Below are positions 1 through 11,800 of a DNA stretch of 64,000 nucleotides, piece after piece. Both the position numbers and the translations under genes were made by a program. Under the pieces are notes generated by a model, which was not told where the DNA came from, made no database searches, and was given only the letters and a program-made list of their open reading frames with translations. The DNA is from Auanema rhodensis (taxonomy: Eukaryota; Animalia; Nematoda), in contig OZ059899.1 in the NCBI GenBank assembly GCA_964057225.1, positions 16,182,001 to 16,246,000 on the forward strand. Direction: 5' to 3'. Each line of letters begins with the position of its first letter. The first letter of the stretch is position 1.

Positions 1-2213
1 CCTGATCAAACTTGTTTGCATCTCTCAGGTAATTTTCAATAGACTCCTTTTCATTTTCATAGTTATCTATAAAAAAAGAAAAAACCAATCAATAGGATAG
101 AATAGAATATAAATTAGAATTGCCATTTTTAGAAATGATATGTTGTCTTTCTTTCTTTTGATCTTCTCTACATCTCTCTCTATTAATTTCCTTCCTTTTC
201 AACGTTCGCTTACAGTCGGTCATCTTTTCAGTCTCTACACTGATCTGCGTTCTGCAAAATCATATCTTGAGATGTTTTAAGTCATAACCAACTCAATAGA
301 GCGTATTTTCTGTCGAAGGGAATCGATACATTTTTCCATTCTTTCTTTAGCGATCTCAATATCATGACCAGTACGCAGTAATAAATTTTTTACTTTTCCC
401 GACACCAATGCTTGCATTTCTCTGAAACAAGTGAAAAAACATGGGTTACTTTCATGTTCTTACTTAATATCTTTAGGGTTAATATCTTCCTCAATGTCAT
501 CTGAAAATTCCTGTCTATGCATAAGAACCATGCTAACAAGTTCAGAGAAGCGAGAGGACAACTGAATACATTAAATGGAAGAAATAAATATTTTATATAC
601 TAACCTGTGCGAAAGCCTGGTTTTCCACAGGATGTAATGACCAACGTTCTTTACAAACACTTTCTATATCACTCTGAAGCTGTCTAAGCAACACACGATT
701 CTAAAAAATATTTATAAAGAAAATTCGAGTATTTCATACTGATTCATATTCAGACATCATCTGGCGAGCACACTCTCCTTGCAGGCCAGTTCCACGCTCC
801 TGTTCGAGCATAGCATCTTTTGCATTTTGATGTTTTTTCTTCAACTCATCCATTTCCCCTTTCACTTCATCAACAGCTACTACCAATCCTTCCTAAAACG
901 CAGAGGTACCCATATCGGAGTTATAAGTCTTACTCTTTCTTCGGAGAGACAAGCATATGAAGCCGTTAAAGCCTCAATATAACTACTAGCTTTTCTTATA
1001 TCATCGTCAACTTTGTTGAGATCTTCCACTAACTTATTTTCTGTCCCTGTCTAGATAATGAATAGTCTAAGGTTGACAAAATATATAATATAAGATACGT
1101 CTCGTTCGATTTCATCATTTTCTTTGCGGATGGATTCCAATGCGTCCTCAGCTGCTCTTAGCTGCCCGGCAATGTCCTCTTGAGTTTCAAACCATTGCCC
1201 TAACTCTAATTGATCCTCTGAAACATGAAAGCTTCACAATCAGAGTGATGAACAAAACTAACGATCAGAAAAAACAGCTCCTTTATTAGCACAAGATTCT
1301 TTAAATTTAGTTTGAAACCATGAATATCTAACCTACAAATTAACTTAAATACCAGATAACTGTCATTTTTTTATACCGCTCCAATATTTCCATTACTATT
1401 ATCACCACTTAATAAGATTTGGGGACCTACAACTTCTTCTAATGATTTGATAGCCTAATACAAGTAAGGTGAGTACATGAAAGATAAATCATATTCCCAC
1501 ATTCACCAAATCAATCAGCCAAGCTAGAGCATGTAATAAATAGTGCCAATTATGAGAGGCTCCGATAGGTTGAAGATAACTAGGTTTAATAGGAAAGGGA
1601 TAACTGAGAAAGTTGAATAACCGTGGAACCTGAGATATTTAATCAAGCGATAATTCAAAGTAGAGCTAACCTCTTCCAAAACTTTTTTATCGCCAAGAGC
1701 GTAATTAGGACTAATACATTCATAAATAACTTCTACTAAATATATAAAGTCCTTCATGGTTGGTCTCGTAACTTGAGAGGGATTTATGCCTTCCTATATC
1801 AGCTATAGGAAAGTCGGATTATCAGAAAAAAACAAACCTCTCCTTCTATTTGTGTAACAAACTCAATAATTTTTTTAATATATTCTTGCTGTTTATGCTT
1901 ATCACTAGTATCTACCTAAACTAAGTAGTTATGTTGTAACCGTAATTTACATTTACAACATACTCTTGTGGGATTAGCGGGCTGTTTGAACACAGACATA
2001 CGTCTGGCTCCAGTTCCCAGTACGCCGTTGCCTAAAGAAAATCTTCCATCTTTGCTGGAAAATGCGTTATTAGCTAGCTCATTCAAGAAAATCCAACTTT
2101 GATGTATCAGGTGTACGAGCTACTGAAAATCTATGCCTAGTAGGAGTTTTCTGATTAGATTGTGCGATTAATGATGTACGACCGGAAAACCCAAACGTTT
2201 TTTTTCGATCCAT
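1..2213 (-). CDS. ndc-80: Kinetochore protein NDC80/HEC1 (multi-exon; 3' end lies outside the window)
   Basis: ATG at 2213 gives MDRKKTFGFSGRTSLI. Spliced exons give KDFIYLVEVIYECISPNY and LSYPFPIKPSYLQPIGASHNWHYLLHALAWLIDLV, matching the recalled C. elegans NDC-80 N-terminus and CH domain (LGYPYPLKNSYYQPMGSSHGYPHLLDALSWLIDI). Coiled-coil exons follow. Confidence 0.88.
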
Positions 2214-2382
2214 TTTCTCTAAATGTTTCAGTTAGAAAGTTATAATTCTAAAAAAGCTAACATCGAATATTTAAATCAAACAAGAAAACTACGTCACTAT
2301 TGATTATAATATATATTCATTTATCAATCAAGTAATAATAATGAATAACCATAGTTCTATAATTAAAGTACAAACGAAAAAG

Positions 2383-2414
2383 GGCGGGACAACCTATTAT
2401 CAGTATTTCCCGCG
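2383..2414. promoter_or_regulatory. E2F/DREAM-type sites upstream of ndc-80
   Basis: GGCGGGA at 2383-2389 and TTTCCCGCG at 2406-2414, about 170-200 nt upstream of the ndc-80 ATG in very AT-rich DNA. TTYRAA (CHR-like) hexamers lie nearby, e.g. TTTGAATTTGAA at ~2606. Confidence 0.5.
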
Positions 2415-2962
2415 TTCAGAAATATAATTATTTACAGCCTTAGTATCTTACTTTCATTATTAAGTATTAATATACTATTTCAAACATATACCATATTCGA
2501 AAAAAAATGACCAATTTTTAAAATTCAAAAAGAACACCATTGTTTCCCAAAGGCGGTTTTTTTCATTTTTAATTTTCACGTGTAAGTGTGGGTCGTTCTT
2601 CGGAATTTGAATTTGAATTATGTCATTTCATCTGCTTTATAATTAAATGAAAAGGTATTTATCAGAGGAAATGTTGCAACTCTAGCTGTTTATAACTTTT
2701 CAGTAAAAAAAATACAGAATACAAAAATAGAAACGTTGCAGAAAACGTTTTTCAATTTCAACTACAACACGGAAGTGTATTCAAAACATATTTTTATAAA
2801 TATCAACATCAATATCCCGAAATGTGCTTATTTATGTCAGGTACATATAATATTAATCGTTTCTGTTGTTGATTTTAAAGTATTATTAATATTACAATCA
2901 CTCTGAAATATAGAAATTCAAAACAAAATAAGCTTATAACTGAATAATTTTTCGCTGGTATC

Positions 2963-2970
2963 TATATAAA
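2963..2970 (+). promoter_or_regulatory. TATA box of the astacin gene
   Basis: TATATAAA about 56 nt upstream of the ATG at 3026. Confidence 0.5.
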
Positions 2971-3025
2971 GGTATGAGGGATAGGAGAATAGACAGATCA
3001 TCGGCTCTGTCTGGTCTATTGAACT

Positions 3026-5524
3026 ATGCTGATCATCGCTTCAATTGTATTAGCAGTATGCTATCATCAAGCTTTAGCTGTCCCCGTTTCGTAAGTTATT
3101 TTTTAGCGAGTATTTGCTGAGTTTTACCTATAACTTTTACACTTAAGTGATTTATTGAAACTCCCTGACACTAATGCTCTTCGACCAAGCCCAATTGGTA
3201 ATGTAAAAATTGGGGACCCTCTTCCCGATTTTAATGTGAAGTTGCAGGCCACACTCAGCGGTTTAGACTCTGTAGGAAATTGTTTTTTATAAGTCACAAA
3301 TTTATTATTTGAGGTCTATCGTAAAACTAGTCCAGATTTTTTGGACAAGAAATTGAAGGAAGTCAATCTTCCAAATCCTATGACTAATCAGAAACGTCAA
3401 ACAGTTAATTCTATTCTTTCGGTAAGAACATATATAGAGAATTGGTTTAATATTAGCCTCTTCTGCTTTGCTTCTTAACATAAGCTTGCTAATTCGTTGC
3501 TTCTTTTATATTTTTACGCTGCTTTCTATGTTGTGCTATAAGCTCAGTATTGTAGTATGTGCCTGGGTATCGCACTGATTTGTTGAATAATACTGATCGC
3601 TTGTTGTACCACGACGTAGATGAAGTTTTTAAGCTTACCCCCGTAAAAAAGCCAGAACGTTTCGCTGTATTCGGAGACACTCCATATGAGATTAATAATG
3701 AATATTCTACTGCGAAGCTCATGTATCAAGGAGATATGATTGTTGAAGAGTTAGGATTCACCAGATATTTTTAAAATGGTTTCTTAATTCTAGTGAACAG
3801 ATTGAAAGAATCCTGAAGGATGCCAAATCTCGCCAAAAGCGTCAAGCTTACACACTGTTTCATCCCCGTACTCTCTGGGATTCAACTATAAGTTATGAAA
3901 TGGGGAACGTTAGTAAGTATATATAATAACATTTGAAAAATAGTCTTATCTTTGAATCAATAACTGCTGTTAACTACTGTAGGCACTACGGCTCGATCAG
4001 CAATCATGAAAGCTATTTCTTTCTGGCAGAATCATACTTGTATTCGCTTCGTTGAGAGACCAAATGTCGCCGCTAGGTTGGTTCTCAACGCAGAACTGTT
4101 GAAATCAGGAAAGCCTTGATCCTTTTAGACTTCACTTCTTTTCTGGTGCTGGTTGTTTCTCTGGTGTTGGTAAACCATTAGACGGTGGTATGCAAGGTGT
4201 TTCTATCGGTTATGGCTGTGAACACGTTAGTTGCCCTCTGATCGTTAAAATAGAACATCTGGTTACAGGTTCCTATTGCTGCACACGAGATTGCTCATGC
4301 CCTCGGATTTTTCCACACTCAAAACCGAAATGATCGTGATGCTCAAATTATTGTCAATTATGATAATATCATGGTATGTTTCTAACATTAATACTTTGCA
4401 ATCCATATTTTTGCAGCCTTTGTACTATCCTAACTACCTGAAGCTCTCAGAATTCGAAAATGATAACTATGGATTACCTTATGACTATGGAAGTGGAATG
4501 CATTATGATCAATACGGGTTGGTCATTTTTCTATGTTACGCTTATTACTTTTGAAATTTCAGCTTTGCTAAGAACGGTACAGTTCCAACTCTCGTGCCTA
4601 CTGATGCTCGCTATCAAAATTCAATGGGACAAAATTTGCCATCTTTTGTTGATATTCATATGATGAACACAATGTACAACTGTCACAGTAACTATAATCT
4701 AGGTGTTCTTAGGATAGAAGCAATACATTTTCAGGCAAATGCTCTCAATCCAAATGTGTCAACAATGGATTCCCTAATCCAAACAACTGCAATACTTGCA
4801 TTTGCCCTTCTGGATACGGTGGACCATTATGTGGCAGCCCTGTTCCTAATTACGATGTAAGTTTAATATCACTCTAAGATAGATGAAGTATAGGACATTA
4901 TATGGTATATCAATGTAAAAATGAGTTGCTTCGTTATAAAAATTCGAATTGTTTTGCCAGGCTCTCAGAACGGTTGCAGAAATTCAATATTACTATAAAA
5001 CCATTTTAGCCATTCAAATCTCCGGCTTCTGAACATCGTACTATCAACACTGCCAATGCTTTAACATCTACATCTCTTTCCTTATCCGGTCTCACGCCTG
5101 CTATCGATTCTGATTATAAAGTTCAAAATCTATGGATTAAAGTCAGCTCTATTTAACTTTAACCTTGGTTAATTGTTATAAATTAGGCTCCCGCTGGTAA
5201 AAAAGTTGAAGTAACAATCAAAGGCTTTACTGGAATGAGTCTTTGTGCTATTAGTTGTTCATATGGAGGAATAGAAGTGAAAGTAAATTCTGATAACCGC
5301 CTCTCAGGCATTAGGTACTTGTTTTTGTCCTCATCACATGCTGGATTTGATATTTTAGAAACTGCTGTGCTGATGACGTAGGAAAAGTTTATGTGTCCGA
5401 CGGTAACTTGATGGCCTTATCTCTATATTCACGCTATGGATTCTATGGTGTTGACATCCAGCACCGTAGTGGTGAGTGATGATGCTTCCTAGTTTTGAGT
5501 ATAACAACTAAATTTTTAGTCTAA
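3026..5524 (+). CDS. Secreted astacin (M12A, NAS family) zinc metalloprotease with EGF-like and CUB-like domains
   Basis: Signal peptide MLIIASIVLAVCYHQALA, prodomain ending at a furin-type RQKR site, zinc motif HEIAHALGFFH (~4284-4316), Met-turn YDYGSGMHY, EGF-like CVNNGFPNPNNCNTCICPSGYGGPLC, then CUB-like exons. The last coding exon is only TC-TAA (5520-5524). Confidence 0.93.
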
Positions 5525-5925
5525 ATGATTCAACGTATACCATCTTCTATGAACACAACTACGATTACATCTGTGATGACACAATTAATTTATTAACCAA
5601 TAAACTATTTTTTAAACAACAAATTTACATATTTATTCAAAATGAAAACAAACAAGATATAGTAGAAATTATTTCATGAGCAGTAGTTAATGCTTCAGTT
5701 TATCAAATTGTATCAACTTCTGAATAACTATAACAATTCAAATTCAAGTAATTAGTATTCTGAAGTCTCCATATTTTATGATTAGAAAGATGGAAAATAG
5801 ATTGTGAAAAAATAAATTTGGATCATAAATTTTATATACGGTATATGATACTTAAAAAGAAAAATTAAAAAAATATGTAATAACATCAAAATATGAATAA
5901 TGCAGCCCAATTCATTGAAAATTTG

Positions 5926-7517
5926 CTACGATTGTTCATTTATAGAATCTGAAGGATTTGTTTTTGTAAAGGAAACATTTGGATGTGAAGTAATCATATG
6001 AACATTGTTGCAAAATATTTTCACGGAACACGAATGATGTTGTGGCTCGCTAGGGACGTTATAGGTGGATGTAGAATTACCTGAAGTATAATCATGTGAA
6101 ATTGAGGTATTTGAAGCAGATCTAGTGAAAGCAAAATCTGCATTTGGAAGAATTGACATATACCATTTCCGTGTAAGCTGGGATGAAGCAGTTCAGGAAT
6201 GGATTGATTTGTAGGGCTAGATTGTTCTTGTAGAATTAAATCTGTTTGTGTTGAAGCTTCAGATTGTTCTATCGAAGCTTGAACATATTGAGATTGAGTA
6301 GGCTGGTCTTTTACTATTTCCGGGCCAGAATCAGTGGTTAGATATTCTAATTCTGGTAATAGCTTGTAAGTACCATGGTTGATCCAATCCTCAATGGAAA
6401 TTATATAAGGATTCTAAATGTATAGAGTTATGAGAGCTGTTCATATGAGGCAAACCTGGTTGTCATCATCATTCTCGACACCATTCCATACATCGAGAAA
6501 GTCTTCGTGATAAACAATATATTTGAGAGAACTACGAGCATTATTCCTAAAAGAATACAACTTTAATAATTCATAATCCGAATAAACTTACTTATCTGTT
6601 ACCAAACATTTAATAAAATAAAATACAGAAGCATTAAGAATTTGCTTTTGTTTATTAGTTCCCGAAAACAATTTGCTGCAGCATCTACCGCAAAATAGAG
6701 AAGCTGCAGCAATTTTTACGATGTTGCCAACGACATCATGCATGTTCAAACGACAAGTATGCATATTGCCAGAGCTGAAACATCGAAGTCAACGTTAGAA
6801 GCTGTTTGTAACCAACTGATTCATTCGAACTTCTTTATAAATGTCATTAAGATATACGATTCTGTCATTAGAATATTCAAAAAAACTTCCATGTTGTTTA
6901 TCAGTCATACTCTATAAAAGCATCAATTTCATTAAAAATTATATTTCAACTTACTATTTGAGAACAGTTTTTATCCATATAGTTTTTCAATGATAGATAT
7001 TTAGGACTACGTGGAGGATAAGACGGAATTCTGTTAATCAATGCTAGATTTGATATCTCATCAGGTAAAGGAAGAATAGTTCGAAGTAAATGCAATGAAT
7101 CAATCTATAAATAAAGAAGCCGAAGATAAATTTCAATTACTAAACTACATACATTTCGAAAATAGCATAACGCGGAGCATAATCCAACAAACTGCCTTAT
7201 CTCTATTGTACTCTCCCACCACCAACCAAAGCGTTGCTAAACAAAAACTTGAAAAAAGAGAAATTATACTTCATAGCATAGAAGAACATAGAGCTTGTTA
7301 CATGTTCAAATTTGGTTAGAAATAAGCGTGCTAAACGATTTGTGTCAGACTGAAGCGACTGAAATTCAGTTTATTTAAACTTATCAGATATTGATGTAAC
7401 AAACATCTTGCGTATGGTAATACAAATACAATTCTTTTAAATTTGATAATTCGCTAAATCGTTAGATGATAGAAGAAAGAAGATGAAAGCCTACAGTATA
7501 GATGTTGAATTGTTCAT
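5926..7517 (-). CDS. Hypothetical 378-aa soluble protein with a putative STING/TMEM173-like domain
   Basis: Ten GT-AG exons join into one open frame of 1137 nt: 7517-7495, 7453-7405, 7358-7302, 7236-7153, 7104-6955, 6911-6817, 6774-6592, 6546-6456, 6413-6164, 6080-5926. A TTTCAG acceptor at ~7551 lies upstream of the ATG. The gene itself is well supported; the STING resemblance is by eye only (see findings). Confidence 0.75.
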
Positions 7518-8361
7518 ATCTTTAGAGCTTAGGGAACTTGATTAACCTTGCTGAAATAAAAATTTAAAAAATTAATTTTATTATTTGTTTTTAAGAGAAA
7601 ATGAATCAATCTTTCAATAACACGTTTCAATTATACAATGATTATGTCTCATATTCATTTCATAATTCAAAAAAATCGATGATTTCTTTTGTCAACAAAT
7701 TTAACAGATATTGATTAAGTTTTTCCATATAAACTTGAGCATTTTCTTAGTTACATTCTAATTTATGTTATTATTATTTCATTATTATTGAATAAACTTT
7801 TCACAAAATTGAATAAAGTTTATTAGAAAGTTTGCATTAATATAAGATTTATTTTTTAAGCTATTCATTAAAACTTCAAATAAAACATAGAAGACGATCA
7901 ATAAAACTGAGATACTTTGTCATGAAAGAAGAAAATAGATACAAGTACTACATTAGCATCATTAACTTGGTCATTCTTTTAATTTTTGAGAAAGTTTGAT
8001 ACAAGCAAATTGTAAAAAATTAGAAACTTTGAATTATTCTTTACAACAAAAAAAAACATGATCTTCGCAATTTTTGGTTAAGATTCAGACAAAATGACAA
8101 TATTCAACTTGGTCCATATAATCAAGTAATGTGCATGCAAGGGAAACGAAGAGCAAGGGTCGAATGCTGAGAATACAAATCCAGGCCCTGAGTGATAAAA
8201 GTTGAAAAGCTTGAAGCTTGACAAACGGTAAGCATATGGAATGAATGGATCATACAGCCAGACAATTATGGTTGTAAAGCTACTATACCCAACTGGAAAC
8301 TGAATCAGTATCGAGATTAAGAGTTAACTATATGATATAAATTATATCAAATTGATATACA

Positions 8362-8412
8362 TATATATATAATATAATAATAATAATATATAATATATAA
8401 TATATAATATAA
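8362..8412. repeat. (TA)n/(TATAA)n low-complexity tract in the nhr-6 3' region
   Basis: tatatatataatatataataataatatataatatataatatataatat read directly. Confidence 0.8.
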
Positions 8413-8815
8413 CGAAGAAGAGATTTTGAGGAATTAATTATGTGACGATAAGTCAGATCAAAAAACTTTCAGAAAGATTATAATGATCGGTTGATTATGA
8501 TGAATAGGATAATGCTGATTATGATATCTTAAAGAAGCAGAAAGAGTTATTCATTAACATCGGGAAGTCGTTTCAATGATTTGAAGATGTTCATAACCCT
8601 TTTATTATGCCTAACAGTATGTATAGTATAGTATATGTATATGACCATTATGTTATATTTCTGTATTTCTTTGCAAATGATGTTTGGATTTTCTGATTTT
8701 GGTGCGTGAGATAGAAATAGATTGATAGATGGGCACGATGATGAAAATTTGAGGAAACAGTCAAGAATTTTGAAAGGAATTAGATTCACAGGTGGTAAGA
8801 GAGATCGGGAATGAA

Positions 8816-11800
8816 TTAGGAGAAGCTGAAGCCGACTGGTATGTCAGCTGCAGAAGTAGAACTTAAGGATATGCGAGTATGTCCGAGGTTTGGTTGGATG
8901 TTGACGTTACCAGGTGCTGTAGGTATTGGGGCCAAGTTCAGCTGTTGGGTCGGTCGTGGTACACCGAGAATAGACGATAGTGAAGGCGGGAGCAGAATAT
9001 GAAGGGATATGCATTGCTCTAACACTTCCACACCAAGATCATGAAAGTAATCAAGCTTGGAAACCTATAAGTTGAAGCTGAGATATAGAACTTGGAGTTA
9101 AACTATGTACCTGCTGCACAATCTTAGCCAACTTATTTGGAGCTGTGGTAGCGCAATGATCTTTAAGAGCATTTACAATCATGCTTTGAAGACGATCGAT
9201 TGTTGATCGATCATTCAAGTCCAAAGCAGAATTTTCTGGAAGAAAGAGACTCAGATTATAACTATCATAGAGTGATCATACCTCGAGCACCGGTCCCCAA
9301 AAACATCATAGCTTGTAATGCACAAAAGCTTTGCTGGTCTCCTTCGATAATCAACTGCAGATGAGCTGCCTGAAACAGGTATTCACAGTTAACAGAATCA
9401 ACTTGTCCTGTACAAACCTCGGAAAATATGGCTCTGTAGAAGCGACCCAATGGATCAGGGAAACCATCTATGGGAACCTGTTCACCAGTCTCAAAGACTA
9501 CTGTCTCTCGGGAATTCAAAGATCTAAAAGTCACTTTGACATATTGATGGCCTGAATCAGCAATACCTCTGACAATATCGTACAGCTAAGATGGGAAAGA
9601 AAGCGCGAGCAAAGAGAAGTTCCAAATCTTTAGGATGAAGATCAGCAGTTTGTGGAATTCCAAGTAAAAATGAGTGAATATGATGATATTCATTGTCCAT
9701 TAAAGATAAAATTTGAGTTGATGACAATGATGGCTAAAAATTCAAATTTATATTCAGGATGATGTTCAAGAACTCACGAAAATCGTTGAATTTCGAATAT
9801 TTGATTTAGCTCCTTCACTTGCTCTTACAAGAAGGCCAAGTAGAGGTAAGGGGGGAGATGGTTGATCATCTGATCGGTGAGTTGACTTTGTTTTAGAAGA
9901 TAATCTGCCTCGACGACCTGATAAGCTGCCATGTCGAACAACTAAAAAGAGATTTGAAAATTGATCACCGAAACTACAATAATACTCACTTTCCTTGACC
10001 ATTCCAACGGCTAAACATTTTTGGAAACGACAATACTGACATCGACTACGGTATCGTTTATCGATTGGACAGTTGCGGCTTCCGGCGCAAACATATTTGG
10101 ATTTTTTTTGAACTGTTCTCTGCAAATAGATGGCATATTAATTGATTTTTAGTTAATTTTTTAATAAAAAATATTTTTTTACCTTAAAAAATCCTTTACA
10201 TCCTTCACATGTTCGTGCTCCGTAATGTAAACAGACGGCTCGGTCATTACATACAGCACAAAGTTTATCAGCATCTTCTTCTAACTGCTCATTGGGCGGT
10301 AAAGATGGTATACTGTGAAAATCAGGATTGTTCAGCATACTGAAATAACTTGGTATCATACTATGACAATGCTTGGAAAATAAGTTTTAAGTTTTATCTT
10401 TTCTTGCCTCGCTTTTTATTTTAATTTTTTTCATTTTATTTGATTTTTTTCTACAGAGCGGTTGGTTATTATCACAAGTTCTACTTAGGATTATGTTTTT
10501 TGGTATTTTTACAGAGGATTTTGTATGTTGTTTGTTGCGATCATCTATCAGATTTTGAAATTATGAAATTTAGACTAATGCCCAGATCAGACGGTTTGCT
10601 GGAGTTGCCTTTCTCTTTGATCGGGCCGACAGTAACTAAGTAAGAAATTTGTCATGTTATGATATCCAAAATATGACGCTTGACTGACACCTATGGAGAT
10701 GACTTATTGAAGTAGTTCCGGTGTTTGTTGACGATGTCATTTGTTGATTACGGTACAAAATAATGTTTAATGAGAATATGAATACAGAGTGTTTGTTTAT
10801 AGATTTTCGTGGTAGTCTCAAGATTTGAATGACGTTTAAAGAGGATTGAATGAAAAGGTTTGTTCATCACATATATATAACTTGGGAAATTTGTAGAAGT
10901 TTTTGAATTTTTTGCCAACCTGAATCGAAGGAAAGGTGTGGCAAACGAAGCCTGATCAACATGCGGAGAAGGAGAATCAGTATGAGTTGTTGATGACGAA
11001 CTGAAGTGAGCAATGAGTAATCTGGTTCTAACTGTGAAAATGTTCAGAATTACCTGTTCGTTCCATGGCTGTTTCTACGATCTATAACTGGAAAGTGCGG
11101 ACTTGGATTTGGATAGAAGAAGCCGGGATGATGAAACACTGTTTGATTTTGCATTATAGCCTGGTGAGGCATGAACTCGCAAGGTATGTTCGTATTTAAT
11201 CTAAAAAGGAAAAAATATAATTAAATGTATGAAATGGTAGTAGTATAAGTAACTTACCCCATAAGTCCAACTTGATTTGACCATCCAGGATGAATGAAAT
11301 CATAGGATTGTTGACTACGTCCCAGCGTTGAAAAGGGCTCCGTTTTGATTTGCACATCAAGACTGTGATCCATTTTGCGTGTATTTGGTAGAGATCTGGA
11401 TGAGGTGCACGGTAACGTTCCCGGAATATCAGGTGTTGGTGCTTGTGTTGATCTCAATGGAAAGTCTTGAGGGGTAGAATCAGATCTGCTAAGATGGCTG
11501 CGAGGATTTAATGTCAACGGTGATGCTGACGATGTTTGTTGTTGCTGGAATTAGACAAAAATTAGTTTTTGATACGCGTTTTGGGTAGGCAGTGAATGAG
11601 TTTATAATAGTTCTGACGTTCAACAATGATATAGATTGATTGATTTTTGGACAAACTAATATAATTGTTAATAATTAAGAATCTGCTACTTCTTAAGATT
11701 CAAATTACACTCAAGATGCCACCTTGAAATTTAAAGTTGAAAAGTTGCAACAATGCTCTACATCGTAGAAGAATGCTGCTAATTACATGATTTCCTATCG

